From positions 17,951 through 81,950 of the forward strand of contig SVNI01000003.1 in the NCBI GenBank assembly GCA_015066975.1: 64,000 nt of DNA. The letters are read 5' to 3'. The notes beneath the pieces are model-generated. The model saw only the letters and a program-made list of their open reading frames with translations. It had not been told where the DNA came from and did not search any database. This DNA is from Ruminococcus sp. (GTDB lineage: Bacteria > Bacillota > Clostridia > Oscillospirales > Ruminococcaceae). The position numbers were made by a program, and so were the translations under genes. Of the stretch, positions 16,536-26,698 are shown piece by piece. Numbering within the stretch: position 1 is the stretch's first letter; the number at the start of each line of letters is the position of its first letter.

Positions 16536-18097
16536 AAAAAGAAGATTTATTCAAGGCAATCGGTGACGTGGATGATGCCTTTTTAGATGAAAATGTTACT
16601 GAAATCAAACATGATACCCGATGGATAACGGCTGTTCTCAGTCTCGTGGCATGTACCGCACTCACCGCCGGACTGATTCATTTCGTCCCGAAACCTGCCA
16701 GACAGCCTCAGGAAGAAATCAAAGTCGCAAGCTCGGAAACAACCGTCACAACTGTTGCCGAAACGATTCCAGAATTTTCTGACAGTCAAGATACTGTTTT
16801 TTCCGAAACTGCAAGCTGTCAGGTTTATATCAGCAGAATGGAAAATTATGCAGAAGTAAATAAAAACGCACCGGAAAATCTCTTTGACAGCATTCCTTTT
16901 CCGGAACTCGAAATTGCTGTCAATGCCGAGGACGGCTATGTTTCTATGCTGACAGTATTCGATTCCAACAGCCTGCCACGTGTCGGTGTCCTCACAAGAA
17001 CAGATTCCGATTTTACTTATCTCTGTCAGATAAATGGTCTGGAATTCACGCTTGAACATCCAGATGCAGAAACTTTGATTTTCCATTGTGAAAATCATCC
17101 TCTTGATGGCAGAACCCTCACGCTCTGCCGGGATGCCGTTCAGCCGTTTGCTGACCTCTCAGACGATGACATTCAGGAAGCTGTTATCTGGACGGCTTTT
17201 GAAGAAAATCAGGCACATGGCTTTATCGGACGGAAAATTTCTGATTTTGCCGATATTTTAAGAAATATGAAACTCTATTATAAAACGCTCGCCCACGAAT
17301 CCGGAGATTATTATTTTACAGTTACCCTGAAAGACGGCACAAGCTACGAGATTCAGCCGACACAGAGTTTCCTTGCCGTTAACGGCGGTTTATATTATGC
17401 AGATGAAGCAACCCGTCAGGCACTTGCCGAATTTTATCAGAACTATACAGAAGAAGATATTCCGGAATCCGTTCCCGAAACAACCGCCCCCGAAACTTCC
17501 GGAACGGAGTCACAAAGCACGACTTCCGCAGAGAGCACAGTAGAAGGTGTCATTCTGCCCTACACCACGACACAAGACCGGCTTTCACTTGAACCGCAGA
17601 TTCTCCCTTATACCACCACAGAGGGCGAAACCCAGCCCCAACCGCAGGTTCTGCCCTATACAAAATTACAGACAGAAACCACCACTACAACTGTTACAGA
17701 AGCTGTTACGGAACTTTCCACTGAAATATCAGAAATTCCGGAAGGAATTCAGAATATTATGTATGAAGATGAGGCCAGCGGAATAATCTTTTCACACATT
17801 CAGCCGGAAAATGAAACGCATATTGAAATTGCAGTGGAAAACGGCTGTTATCTGGAAAGCAATCTTTCTAATGCAATCCGATACTATCCGGAAAAGAAAT
17901 ATGCTGTTTCCATGCAGGTATTTTCTCATCTTCTGTTACAGGATATTGAAGAAGAACTTGCCGGCAAGGGAATTGAGATTCTCGGACATCGGGAATCTGA
18001 CGGACGGATTCTCGCCATTGTGACAGAAGAACAGCTCAATCTGCTCAATCAGACTGAAACTATGGGTTTCCTGATTGACCTTGTTTCACAATCCTGA
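16532..18097 (+). CDS. single-pass membrane protein, putative anti-sigma factor with large extracytoplasmic region
   Basis: GTGA start/stop overlap with the sigma gene. Short N-terminus (KAIGDVDDAFLDE), then a TM helix (WITAVLSLVACTALTAGLIHFV). The remaining ~460 aa lie outside the cell and include T/E/P-rich (I/V)LPYT repeats. Confidence 0.6.
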   Translation: MKKEDLFKAIGDVDDAFLDENVTEIKHDTRWITAVLSLVACTALTAGLIHFVPKPARQPQEEIKVASSETTVTTVAETIPEFSDSQDTVFSETASCQVYISRMENYAEVNKNAPENLFDSIPFPELEIAVNAEDGYVSMLTVFDSNSLPRVGVLTRTDSDFTYLCQINGLEFTLEHPDAETLIFHCENHPLDGRTLTLCRDAVQPFADLSDDDIQEAVIWTAFEENQAHGFIGRKISDFADILRNMKLYYKTLAHESGDYYFTVTLKDGTSYEIQPTQSFLAVNGGLYYADEATRQALAEFYQNYTEEDIPESVPETTAPETSGTESQSTTSAESTVEGVILPYTTTQDRLSLEPQILPYTTTEGETQPQPQVLPYTKLQTETTTTTVTEAVTELSTEISEIPEGIQNIMYEDEASGIIFSHIQPENETHIEIAVENGCYLESNLSNAIRYYPEKKYAVSMQVFSHLLLQDIEEELAGKGIEILGHRESDGRILAIVTEEQLNLLNQTETMGFLIDLVSQS

Positions 18098-18102
18098 AAA
18101 AA

Positions 18103-18133
18103 CCCCTTTCCGGAACAATCCGGAAAGGGGTTT
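18103..18133. terminator. bidirectional terminator
   Basis: CCCCTTTCCGGA (18103-18114) / TCCGGAAAGGGG (18119-18130), flanked by A-run and T-run. Located between the convergent anti-sigma gene and nifU. Confidence 0.75.
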
Positions 18134-18148
18134 CACTTTCGATAAGAA

Positions 18149-18577
18149 TTATTCTTTGGTGCATTCTTCACAGGAGGGGACATCGCCTACGATTAATTTC
18201 GCATCAACACCCTGTTTTGTGTAATAGTCCGTCAAAGCCGCCTTGACAGCTTCTTCTGCCAGAACCGAACAGTGTACCTTGACAGGCGGAAGTCCGTCAA
18301 GTGCTTCCATAACGGCTTTATTTGTGAGCTTCAGAGCATCGTCAATGGTCTTGCCCTTAATCATTTCCGTTGCCATGGAAGAAGTTGCAATTGCTGCACC
18401 GCAGCCAAATGTCTTGAACTTGACATCAGAGATAGTATCGCCGTCAATTTTGAGATACATCTTCATGATGTCGCCGCACTTAGCATTGCCGACTTCGCCC
18501 ACACCGTCAGCGTTTTCAATTTCGCCGACATTACGGGGATTCGTAAAATGGTCCATTACTTTTTCACTGTAATTCAT
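18149..18577 (-). CDS. nifU: Fe-S cluster assembly scaffold NifU/IscU
   Basis: Conserved Cys motifs GNAKCGD, FGCGAAIA and VHCSVLA. 142 aa. Confidence 0.9.
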   Translation of the reverse strand: MNYSEKVMDHFTNPRNVGEIENADGVGEVGNAKCGDIMKMYLKIDGDTISDVKFKTFGCGAAIATSSMATEMIKGKTIDDALKLTNKAVMEALDGLPPVKVHCSVLAEEAVKAALTDYYTKQGVDAKLIVGDVPSCEECTKE

Positions 18578-18598
18578 GATAAAATTCCCTCCTGAATC

Positions 18599-19792
18599 TT
18601 AAACTAGTTTTTTATTCTGTTTTGTGAGTGTTTCCCACATCGGGGACATGCTTCTTAATCTTTCGACAATCTGGGGAAGTACTTCAAGGATATAATCAGC
18701 ATCTTCTTCGGTGAATTCCTCGCCGAAACTCAGACGCAGAGAACCGTGTGCTACTTCGTGAACCAGCCCCAGCGATAACAGCACATGAGACGGGTCGAGC
18801 GAGCCGGATGTGCACGCAGAGCCGGAAGATGCCTGAATTCCGTAATAATCCAGCATCAAAAGCAGACTTTCACCCTCAATGCCGACAATGGAAATATTCA
18901 CATTTCCGCAGAGTCTTTTTTCTCTGTCGCCGTTAAGTCTTGTCTGGTCGATTTTCAGAATGCCGTCAATCAGCTTGTCTCTCAAAGGAGTCAGCTTTGC
19001 AATTTTTCCGGGAATATCGGCTGTCGCAATTTCCAGTGCCTTTGCGATACCGATAATGCCGGGAACATTTTCTGTTCCGGCGCGTTTTCCGGATTCCTGA
19101 CCGCCTCCATGAATCAAGTTCGACAGAAGAATGCCCTTTCTGACATACAGAATGCCGATACCTTTCGGCGCGTGGAACTTATGGCCGGAAATTGAAAGCA
19201 TGTCAATATTTTGTGCCTTGACATCAATCGGCACATTGCCGACTGCCTGAACCGCATCTGTATGGAACAGAACCCCGTGCTTCTTGCAGATTGCACCAAT
19301 TTCCGGAATCGGCTGGATTGTGCCGATTTCGTTATTGGCATACATGATAGTTACCAGAGCAGTATCTTCACGAATAGCTTTTTCGACATCTTCGGGATTG
19401 ATAAGCCCTTCCGGACTTACGGGCAGATATGTCACTTCAAAGCCATGCTTTTCGAGAAATTCGCAGGTATGGAGCACAGCATGATGTTCAAATACCGTCG
19501 TGATAATATGCTTTTTGCCTTTTGCGGCAAGTCTGTCAGCAGTTCCCTTGATAGCCCAGTTATCTGATTCTGAACCGCCGGCAGTGAAATAGATTTCCTT
19601 CGGGTCGGCATTGAGGCATTTTGCTATTCTTGCACGGGCATCTATAATAGCGCGTTCGTTTTCGCGGCCTTTAGAATAAATACTGGACGGGTTGCCAAAA
19701 TGTTCCTGAAAATAGGGAAGCATTTCTTTTAAGACTTCATCAGACACTGCTGTAGTAGCGGCATGGTCTGCGTAAATATATCGTTTTTCCAT
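18599..19792 (-). CDS. nifS: cysteine desulfurase NifS
   Basis: PLP-lysine motif [12 protein letters not shown] and active-site [10 protein letters not shown]. 397 aa. Confidence 0.9.
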   Translation of the reverse strand: MEKRYIYADHAATTAVSDEVLKEMLPYFQEHFGNPSSIYSKGRENERAIIDARARIAKCLNADPKEIYFTAGGSESDNWAIKGTADRLAAKGKKHIITTVFEHHAVLHTCEFLEKHGFEVTYLPVSPEGLINPEDVEKAIREDTALVTIMYANNEIGTIQPIPEIGAICKKHGVLFHTDAVQAVGNVPIDVKAQNIDMLSISGHKFHAPKGIGILYVRKGILLSNLIHGGGQESGKRAGTENVPGIIGIAKALEIATADIPGKIAKLTPLRDKLIDGILKIDQTRLNGDREKRLCGNVNISIVGIEGESLLLMLDYYGIQASSGSACTSGSLDPSHVLLSLGLVHEVAHGSLRLSFGEEFTEEDADYILEVLPQIVERLRSMSPMWETLTKQNKKLV

Positions 19793-19948
19793 TGTTATGA
19801 CCTTCTTTTTTGTAGAATTTTCTTATATTATACCACAACTATAGGAATAATACAATCATCGTTAGACCGGTTAACGATTCCGATTTTCGATAAACGGTGA
19901 TAGAATTTCCTGATAGAGGAGTTACAGAATTTTCCGGCACACGTTTCA

Positions 19949-19977
19949 ATTATAACAAAAAAACAAACACTTGTCAA
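19949..19977 (-). promoter_or_regulatory. promoter of nifS-nifU
   Basis: On the minus strand: TTGACA (19977-19972), 17 nt, TGt-TATAAT (19954-19949). This leaves a ~150-nt leader. Confidence 0.55.
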
Positions 19978-20000
19978 TAGAAAATCAGAAAAAATCACAA

Positions 20001-20027
20001 AAAACCTGTCCGGTCAGTCCGGACAGG
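20001..20027 (-). terminator. terminator of the 20043-20516 gene
   Basis: CCTGTCCGG / CCGGACAGG hairpin (20005-20027), with a T-run following on the minus strand. Confidence 0.7.
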
Positions 20028-20042
20028 CAATTCTGAAGACAT

Positions 20043-20516
20043 TCAGCGGATAATCTTGAAATCATCCACAAAACCAGCCATTCCGTCCCATGTGCCCTTG
20101 AGAATGGAAGCTTTCTGAGGAATCACTTCGATATTGATATAAGTATACTTATCGCTTGGAATTTCGAGTGTCAGCTTCTGCCAGCCCCTCTGGGAAAGCG
20201 AAATTGTCCGGGACTGAATTTCAGAATCATCAAACTCACAGTAGGCCATGAGCCGGGCGACTGCATCACAGTCATTTTCCAGTGCAAGGAGATTGACGGA
20301 AACAATGTCACCGGTGCAAAGTTCTGTTTTCTTATAGAGTCTGAATAAATCATGTGCCTGAACATACCATTCCCAGTATTTGATAACATGCGCATTTTTA
20401 CTGGGTGCTGGTACGGGTGCAGGCTCTTTGCAGAAACAGTAAAAATCATGGTCGCCCTCGATTTTTATGCCGTTGCGCCACATCAGAGCAGATAATTTTT
20501 CAATTGGATATTCCAT
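20043..20516 (-). CDS. hypothetical protein (157 aa)
   Basis: ORF with AAGGATGG ~8 nt before ATG 20516. No recognisable motif. Confidence 0.5.
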   Translation of the reverse strand: MEYPIEKLSALMWRNGIKIEGDHDFYCFCKEPAPVPAPSKNAHVIKYWEWYVQAHDLFRLYKKTELCTGDIVSVNLLALENDCDAVARLMAYCEFDDSEIQSRTISLSQRGWQKLTLEIPSDKYTYINIEVIPQKASILKGTWDGMAGFVDDFKIIR

Positions 20517-20619
20517 AATAAACACCATCCTTTTTTGAAATCTGAAATTTAATATATCTAATTATAACAAATTTCTTCCGGATTGTCAAGAGAAAATCAG
20601 ATAATTTTTATAGATTCTG

Positions 20620-21507
20620 TCATAACAGCACACAGCCGGCATTGTCAATTTTCAGGTCATGGACTTCCCAGCCCTTCAGCCCGGCATTATCCAGTGAGAA
20701 ACGCATTTTTCCAGCGAAATAAGTATTTTCTTCATCAGCAATAGCCATCACAGTAGGCCCTGCTCCGGAAATGTAAACCGCATATGCGCCGTGCGCATAG
20801 GCAATATCAAACACTTCCCGTGCATGGGGGATTAATGCCATCCGGTAGGGCTGATGTAGTTTGTCATGTGTCGCCGTTCGCAGATTCTCAAACTTGCCCG
20901 TCAGCAGAGAAGCCGAAAATAAAGCTGCTCTCGAAAGATTATACACAGCATCCTTATGAGACACTTCCGACGGCAGACAGGCTCTTGCCTTTTCGGTTTT
21001 CAGCTCGAAATCCGGAATCATAGCGACAAATCTCAATTTTGTGTAGACTTCCTGCTTTACCCAGTGAACGCGTCTTCCGTCGAAAACTGCCGTCACAATA
21101 CCGCCTAGCAAGGCCGGAGCAGTATTGTCCGGATGGCCTTCAATCTGTGCCGCCAAATCAACTAAATCATCCGTATCCAGCGGATTTCCGAGCAGTGTAT
21201 TTGCGCCTACAAGTCCGGCTACGATACACGCTGAACTCGAACCCAGACCCCGTGTCATGGGGATTCTGTCATGCTGAATCAGTTTCAGGCCGTCTAATTT
21301 CTTTCCGCAGACTTCAAATAAATCCTTCGCGGATGTGTAAATCAAATTCCGCTCATCTGTAGGGACATTCGGGTTTTCCGGTGCGGAAATCTCGATTCTG
21401 TCACTTTCTTCCATCTCAATCGTATTGTAATACTGCAAGGCAAGCCCCAGCGCATCAAATCCTGCGCCGAGGTTGGCACTTGTTGCAGGTACTTGTAATG
21501 TAATCAT
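20620..21507 (-). CDS. thrB: homoserine kinase
   Basis: MITLQVPATSANLGAGFDALG..., GHMP motif PMTRGLGSSSACIVAG. ATG 21507 is preceded by GGAGAGGAG. The longer track ORF (to 21693) is an unlikely extension. Confidence 0.9.
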   Translation of the reverse strand: MITLQVPATSANLGAGFDALGLALQYYNTIEMEESDRIEISAPENPNVPTDERNLIYTSAKDLFEVCGKKLDGLKLIQHDRIPMTRGLGSSSACIVAGLVGANTLLGNPLDTDDLVDLAAQIEGHPDNTAPALLGGIVTAVFDGRRVHWVKQEVYTKLRFVAMIPDFELKTEKARACLPSEVSHKDAVYNLSRAALFSASLLTGKFENLRTATHDKLHQPYRMALIPHAREVFDIAYAHGAYAVYISGAGPTVMAIADEENTYFAGKMRFSLDNAGLKGWEVHDLKIDNAGCVLL

Positions 21508-21634
21508 AATTACAGCTCCTCTCCTTGAATCAGATTGTATTTTTATTTCCGGAAGTTCCTGTTTCAGTATATGAAATATTCTCTTTCTGTGATACACGAA
21601 AGGACGGCGGAAACGCCGTCCTTTCCGGTTAAAT

Positions 21635-24535
21635 TCAAGATGCAGCCTTTTCAGCCTGCATGGCAGCACGTTTCTTGTTGCGGAGTTTCGCAATCAGGAC
21701 TTTATTATTTTTTCTGTCATACTGCCAGAACATGATGATAATGCCGACACCTACCGCAAGCATAATCACACCAAGTACGAAATAAGGCGGTGTGTAGCTC
21801 ATGGTGATGGTGTGTGTACCAGGTTCAAGCTCTACATAAATCATAGCTTTCAGACACTGCTGTGCATTGACAGTTTCCAGATTGCCTTCATCATTGGTTG
21901 TCTGTACTTTTCTGCCGTCTACCTTGACAGTCCAGCCGTCTTCATACGGAATCGAAGTGAACAGAATCTGTCCTTCCTGAGAAGTCACAGTGCCTCTGAT
22001 ATATGTTGCAGTGGCTTTCTGTACCTGCATCTGCTGGGTTTTCAGAACGTCAATATCTTCCTGATATACATCTTCATTGAAATAATAGAAATACGGTGCT
22101 TTGATGATGGTTGCATTCTGGTCGTTATCGACAGTCACGCGGAGTGCGACCTGTGTGCCGGGCTCGTAAACGCCCAAATCCAGAATACAGTAGTTCTTTG
22201 TCTCGAAATATCTGCCGAAACTGGTGAAGTTATAGTTTTCAGTTACGTTGTCCCATGTGCCGAGCCAGAGATTAACTGCCTGTTCATTTTCGGTTTTCAG
22301 ATAGGCATAAATTCTCTTGTTTTCGGTAACAGTGAATCTGTAGTCGATAGTCGGGTCACCGCTGTCCATTTTGGTGTAAGTGGCCTGACCGTTATAGTCC
22401 GACAGCGTTACCGCGCCGAGGACAGTTTCTACATACGGAACAGGAGTATAATATTCTGTAACAGAGGCAATCTGTCCGGCTTCGTCAAACTGGGTTTCGC
22501 CCATCATGGTACTGAGCAGAACATTCTGACTGTTGAAAGGATTATCATTGCCCAGATGGTCGATTTTCAGAAGGTCATCATCAACAAGATAGCCGACAGA
22601 CAGGGCATTCGGATTCTGATAAATGCTGATAGTCTTGTTTCTGGGATTGCCGTCAGCATCTTTGTCATCATAATCGTCGAAATTATATTCATCTACTTTC
22701 ACATAGGACGGATGCAGAAGATTTCTGGGAGAAGAATCGCCTCTGTCAAGAACGTACTTGATGCCAAGCAGAGAGTCAGCAAGTTCCGTTGTGCCGTCAT
22801 ATCTGGAATAGTAGCTTCTCATGTTGTAGCCCATAGTTTCAATAAAATTCAGGGTCTGGGCATTCATGACAGAGCTGGAATGTGTCAGGCCTTTCAGACC
22901 GAATGCCATGTTGTCATTGACACATCTGACATATGTCTTTTCAGAACGGTACAGACCGCCGTCAATGCCGTTGCTGTGATTCTTGTCATATTCTTCCATA
23001 AGGTCAACAGCGGCACGGCCGGACTGCACGAATGTCCTGTAAGATGCTCTTGAAGAATAAGCTACTTCTTCATCTACATCATGCATAGTTTCCACTGTAT
23101 TGAATACCAGTTCGCCGGAAATCGCACATAACAGCACTATCGGCAGAACCATGCTGTTTTTCTTGTTCAGCATTCCGTACAGAATCAGCAGATAAACTGC
23201 CGATAAGCCTACAGAAAGCCAGATAGATTTCATTTCGTCCATGCTGTCATAGTTCTGTGAGTTGATGAACAGGCAAAGTGCCAGAAATCCGAAAAAGACT
23301 CCGCCTAAATAGCTTGTGTCGATATGTTCCAGCTCACGGAATGATGTTGCCGCCATGGATAACAGAATAAACGATACAATGAAAGAATAGCGGAACGGAA
23401 GCCAGTTCGGAACTTGTCCGCCGTGCCACCACATATCCACAGGTTTGATATACATGCTGAAAAACATTACCAGCAGTAAAAAGCCATAGCCCAGCTTGTG
23501 CTTCAGTGTAATTTTTCTGTTCAGGAAGTATAACGGCACAAGGACAACTGTCAGAATACCGCAGTAGATTTCCGGACTGCCCTGCACGTTTACAGAGTCA
23601 TACTGACAGGTCAGCAACTGCCGGAACAGGATAATCGGGTCAAACTGTGTCTGAAAACTGTAATCCGGGTCAGTAAAATCAAATTTACCCAGTGACAAAG
23701 CCTTGTAAACAGGCAGAATCATGAACGCTGCACACATCACGGCAACCAGTGTACATACCCCGAATGTCATACAGGTATAGAACATATCTCTGAACTTTCT
23801 GTTCTTCTGTTCCGTACCAAAGAAGAAATAATAAATAAAATAAATCGCCGTGAAAATGCCAATCATATAGCCAATGTAGAAATTTGCCACAAACATGACT
23901 GCAATCGGAATAATATAATTCACTTTCCGGCCGTCATCTATCAGATATTCCACGCCGAGTGCTATCAGCGGAAGAAATACCAGTCCGTCCAGCCACATGG
24001 GGTCAATCGTCTGAATTACCATATAGGCCATCAGCGAATATAAAATGCCGAATATCAGCGACGGAAGTGGCTGTAGTTTCTTGCTTTTCTGTAGATAAAT
24101 GTGAAATGTCAGACTTGCTGAACCAATTTTCGCAAGTATCATGAGCAACAGGCTTGTCAGCATCATCTTTTCCGGCAGAAGCATGACTATCAGTGTGAAC
24201 GGACTCGCCAGATAATAGCCGATAACGCCCATATATCCGCCGGACAGGTTTCTGCTCCAGTTGTAGAAGATGCTTCCGTCTCCCCAGAACGCATCACGCA
24301 GAGCCTCGAAGTAATAAACATACTGTGCATTGAAGTCCAGCGCAAGCACTGACTGCTCCCCGAATGGATATAACCCGAAAATCGCGTAGCAGATATACAT
24401 CAGTATGACCGGAATGAAAAATGCCATCAGATAATAACGGCTGCGGAAGAACCAGTCTTTCAGGCCTGTTCCGGAAGATGACTTCTTCGGAGCGGTTCTG
24501 GAAACCGGTGCTTTTTCCGCTGTTGAATTTTCCAT
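21635..24535 (-). CDS. YfhO-family polytopic membrane protein (putative glycosyltransferase)
   Basis: 966 aa from ATG 24535, with AGGAGG upstream. GLYPFGEQSVLALDFNAQYVYYFEALRDAF...YYLASPFTLIVMLLP is typical of YfhO. It has many TM helices plus a C-terminal TM. Confidence 0.75.
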   Translation of the reverse strand: MENSTAEKAPVSRTAPKKSSSGTGLKDWFFRSRYYLMAFFIPVILMYICYAIFGLYPFGEQSVLALDFNAQYVYYFEALRDAFWGDGSIFYNWSRNLSGGYMGVIGYYLASPFTLIVMLLPEKMMLTSLLLMILAKIGSASLTFHIYLQKSKKLQPLPSLIFGILYSLMAYMVIQTIDPMWLDGLVFLPLIALGVEYLIDDGRKVNYIIPIAVMFVANFYIGYMIGIFTAIYFIYYFFFGTEQKNRKFRDMFYTCMTFGVCTLVAVMCAAFMILPVYKALSLGKFDFTDPDYSFQTQFDPIILFRQLLTCQYDSVNVQGSPEIYCGILTVVLVPLYFLNRKITLKHKLGYGFLLLVMFFSMYIKPVDMWWHGGQVPNWLPFRYSFIVSFILLSMAATSFRELEHIDTSYLGGVFFGFLALCLFINSQNYDSMDEMKSIWLSVGLSAVYLLILYGMLNKKNSMVLPIVLLCAISGELVFNTVETMHDVDEEVAYSSRASYRTFVQSGRAAVDLMEEYDKNHSNGIDGGLYRSEKTYVRCVNDNMAFGLKGLTHSSSVMNAQTLNFIETMGYNMRSYYSRYDGTTELADSLLGIKYVLDRGDSSPRNLLHPSYVKVDEYNFDDYDDKDADGNPRNKTISIYQNPNALSVGYLVDDDLLKIDHLGNDNPFNSQNVLLSTMMGETQFDEAGQIASVTEYYTPVPYVETVLGAVTLSDYNGQATYTKMDSGDPTIDYRFTVTENKRIYAYLKTENEQAVNLWLGTWDNVTENYNFTSFGRYFETKNYCILDLGVYEPGTQVALRVTVDNDQNATIIKAPYFYYFNEDVYQEDIDVLKTQQMQVQKATATYIRGTVTSQEGQILFTSIPYEDGWTVKVDGRKVQTTNDEGNLETVNAQQCLKAMIYVELEPGTHTITMSYTPPYFVLGVIMLAVGVGIIIMFWQYDRKNNKVLIAKLRNKKRAAMQAEKAAS

Positions 24536-24599
24536 GATGTTCCTCCTCTTTCTGATTATTTTTTGAAATTTAGCTTTCTGCAAAACCGCAGATGTAGTT

Positions 24600-24628
24600 A
24601 TTATAACATGCTTTTTTGCATTTTGCAA
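24600..24628 (-). promoter_or_regulatory. promoter of the YfhO-family gene
   Basis: On the minus strand: TTGCAA (24628-24623), 17 nt, TGt-TATAAT (24605-24600). Confidence 0.5.
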
Positions 24629-24886
24629 GGGGAAAATGCGTTTTTTCGGGTAAAAACAGAGGGTTTTCAGATATAAATTCCAAAAATCGTGATTTTGCAC
24701 AAATCCGGACTTTTTCATGACACAAATCAGGATATTTTTTCTTCCGGCTTCCGGAACATTCTATTTTCAACAGGTTTTACCCGAAATTTTTGTAAAAAGT
24801 CATAATGAAAGAACAAAATCATTGATGATTCTGACAAAAATTGCAGAAATACTTGTATCAGCAGGGAAAATATGATATAATAAAAG

Positions 24887-25273
24887 TTAATCCGTGAAAA
24901 ACTCCGGTGCGAGCCGGTCATAAACATATTTCGCCGGAATGCTTGTGAAATACCAGAAGATGCTGTGAACAAGGCATATCTGCCCGTGATAGTTCAGGGG
25001 AAGGGTGCTGTAATCCCAGACATTCCAGTGAAGATGCAGATTCACAATCACCCCCACGGCTAATTCATACGACGTGATGACAACTGCCCCCAGCAGATAC
25101 AGCATCTGTTCTGGCATGGGCGGTGCATACCGGAATAAAATACAAAGCGTTGTGAAAACTGCTCCCCCCGTCAGTGCCATTGTCCAGTGCGTATACCCTC
25201 TTGCGAAAATTTCAATCAGCGCATAGAGAAAATAGCCCAGCAGGAATGTAACTGCATATCTTGCAGATTTCAT
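24887..25273 (-). CDS. small polytopic membrane protein (possibly CmpB/DUF1113-like)
   Basis: 128 aa with 4 predicted TM helices and a WNVWDYS motif. The family call is tentative. Confidence 0.5.
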   Translation of the reverse strand: MKSARYAVTFLLGYFLYALIEIFARGYTHWTMALTGGAVFTTLCILFRYAPPMPEQMLYLLGAVVITSYELAVGVIVNLHLHWNVWDYSTLPLNYHGQICLVHSIFWYFTSIPAKYVYDRLAPEFFTD

Positions 25274-25345
25274 AAAAAATTCCTCCTTTTCCGGATTCTG
25301 TATTTTTTTGATTCATCATTAAGCTTGCCCGAAAGGAGTGCTTTT

Positions 25346-26644
25346 ATGCAGACGGTTCTGCTGATTTTATGTGTGATTCTCTGTATGATTGCCGTATTTC
25401 AGACCATACTGATTTATAAACTGATACATGCAGTAAAAGCCAATCAGCAGCAGGATTTGCAGAAAGAAATCACAAGGCTCGAAACGGCTCTGAATGCTTC
25501 TCAGCAGGTTTCCGGTCAGGCTTTCGAGAAAATGGCCGTTCTGCTCCGTGAGGAACAGAAACAGGCTTTTGAGATACAGGAAGAAAAAATCAGCTTCATC
25601 AGCAGACAAACAACACAATATCTTTCCGAAGCAAGACAGGCTTCCGAACTCCTCAGCCGTCAGACAGAAGAACGCATGAGAAGCTTTTCTCTCGAAAATG
25701 CACAGAAATTAAATCAGATTGAAACAACTGTTCAGAAACATCTTTCTGAAATGCGCACGGAACAGAATCATCAGCTTGATGACATGCGCCGTGTCGTGGA
25801 CGAAAAAATGCAGAAAGTCCTCAATGAACGCATGAATCAGGCCTTCTCCAGCGTGAATGAACGGCTCGAACAGGTTCACAGAGGACTCGGTGAAATGCAG
25901 AACCTCGCCGGAAATGTCGGCGATTTGAAAAAATTACTCACCAACGTCAAAACCAGAGGAGAAATCGGAGAAATCCAGCTCGAAACGCTCCTTGCAGATA
26001 TTCTCAGCGAAAATCAATATCTCACCAATGCCAGACTTGGTTCAGGTATTGTCGAATTCGCTGTCAGAATCCCCGATACCCAGAACAGTGAAGCCCTGCT
26101 CCCGATTGATGCCAAATTCCCCGGCGATACCTACCAGCATCTGCTGGATGCTTACGAAACAGGCGATAATAAATTAATCCAGTCTGCACAGAAAGCCCTT
26201 GCCGAACGCATCAGAAGCGAAGCACAGGACATTCAGAAAAAATACATCACCCCTCCGGTGACGACAGATTTCGGCATTCTGTTTCTCCCGACCGAAGGTC
26301 TCTATACCGAAGCCGTACGCGCAGGCCTGACAGAAGAAATCTTCCGGAAATACCGTGTCTTTGTAACAAGCCCTTCCACACTCTGTGCCATGCTCATGAC
26401 ACTGCAAATCGGCTTCCGGAGCGTGGCTGTCCAGAAACGCAGTACCGAAGTCTGGCAGATTCTTGGCGAAGTCCGCACAGAATTCCATAAATTTGCGGAT
26501 GCCCTCGCCAAAACACAGGATAAAATTTCCTCTGCCGGCGAAGAACTCGAAAAGCTTGTCGGTGTCCGTACCCGCCAGATGAACCGGAAATTAAACAACG
26601 TTCAGAATTATCTGACAGAGAATCTCTCTGGAAATGATAATTAA
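25346..26644 (+). CDS. rmuC: DNA recombination protein RmuC
   Basis: N-terminal TM, then a long coiled coil, then RGEIGEIQLETLL...LPIDAKFP...GILFLPTEGLY. GAAAGGAG lies before ATG 25346. Confidence 0.8.
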   Translation: MQTVLLILCVILCMIAVFQTILIYKLIHAVKANQQQDLQKEITRLETALNASQQVSGQAFEKMAVLLREEQKQAFEIQEEKISFISRQTTQYLSEARQASELLSRQTEERMRSFSLENAQKLNQIETTVQKHLSEMRTEQNHQLDDMRRVVDEKMQKVLNERMNQAFSSVNERLEQVHRGLGEMQNLAGNVGDLKKLLTNVKTRGEIGEIQLETLLADILSENQYLTNARLGSGIVEFAVRIPDTQNSEALLPIDAKFPGDTYQHLLDAYETGDNKLIQSAQKALAERIRSEAQDIQKKYITPPVTTDFGILFLPTEGLYTEAVRAGLTEEIFRKYRVFVTSPSTLCAMLMTLQIGFRSVAVQKRSTEVWQILGEVRTEFHKFADALAKTQDKISSAGEELEKLVGVRTRQMNRKLNNVQNYLTENLSGNDN

Positions 26645-26698
26645 AATAAATCAAGATATATGATAAAAAATTTTAAAAACTAAGGAGAATTTTGAATT

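Noticed and set aside
17546-17665. LPYT repeats in the anti-sigma-like protein as sortase (LPxTG) sorting signals
   Set aside because: They are internal and occur three times. They lack the Gly and are not followed by a hydrophobic segment with a positively charged tail. They are more simply explained as a repetitive linker.
21508-21693. N-terminal extensions of track ORFs: thrB to 21693, nifJ to 15531, the YfhO gene to 24718, rmuC from 25187, the HBD-like gene from 28260, nadB from 31582, the ATPase from 51810, and cbp from 6044
   Set aside because: In each case an internal ATG is preceded by a good Shine-Dalgarno and yields the canonical family N-terminus. The extensions have implausible sequence and overlap neighbouring genes or promoters.
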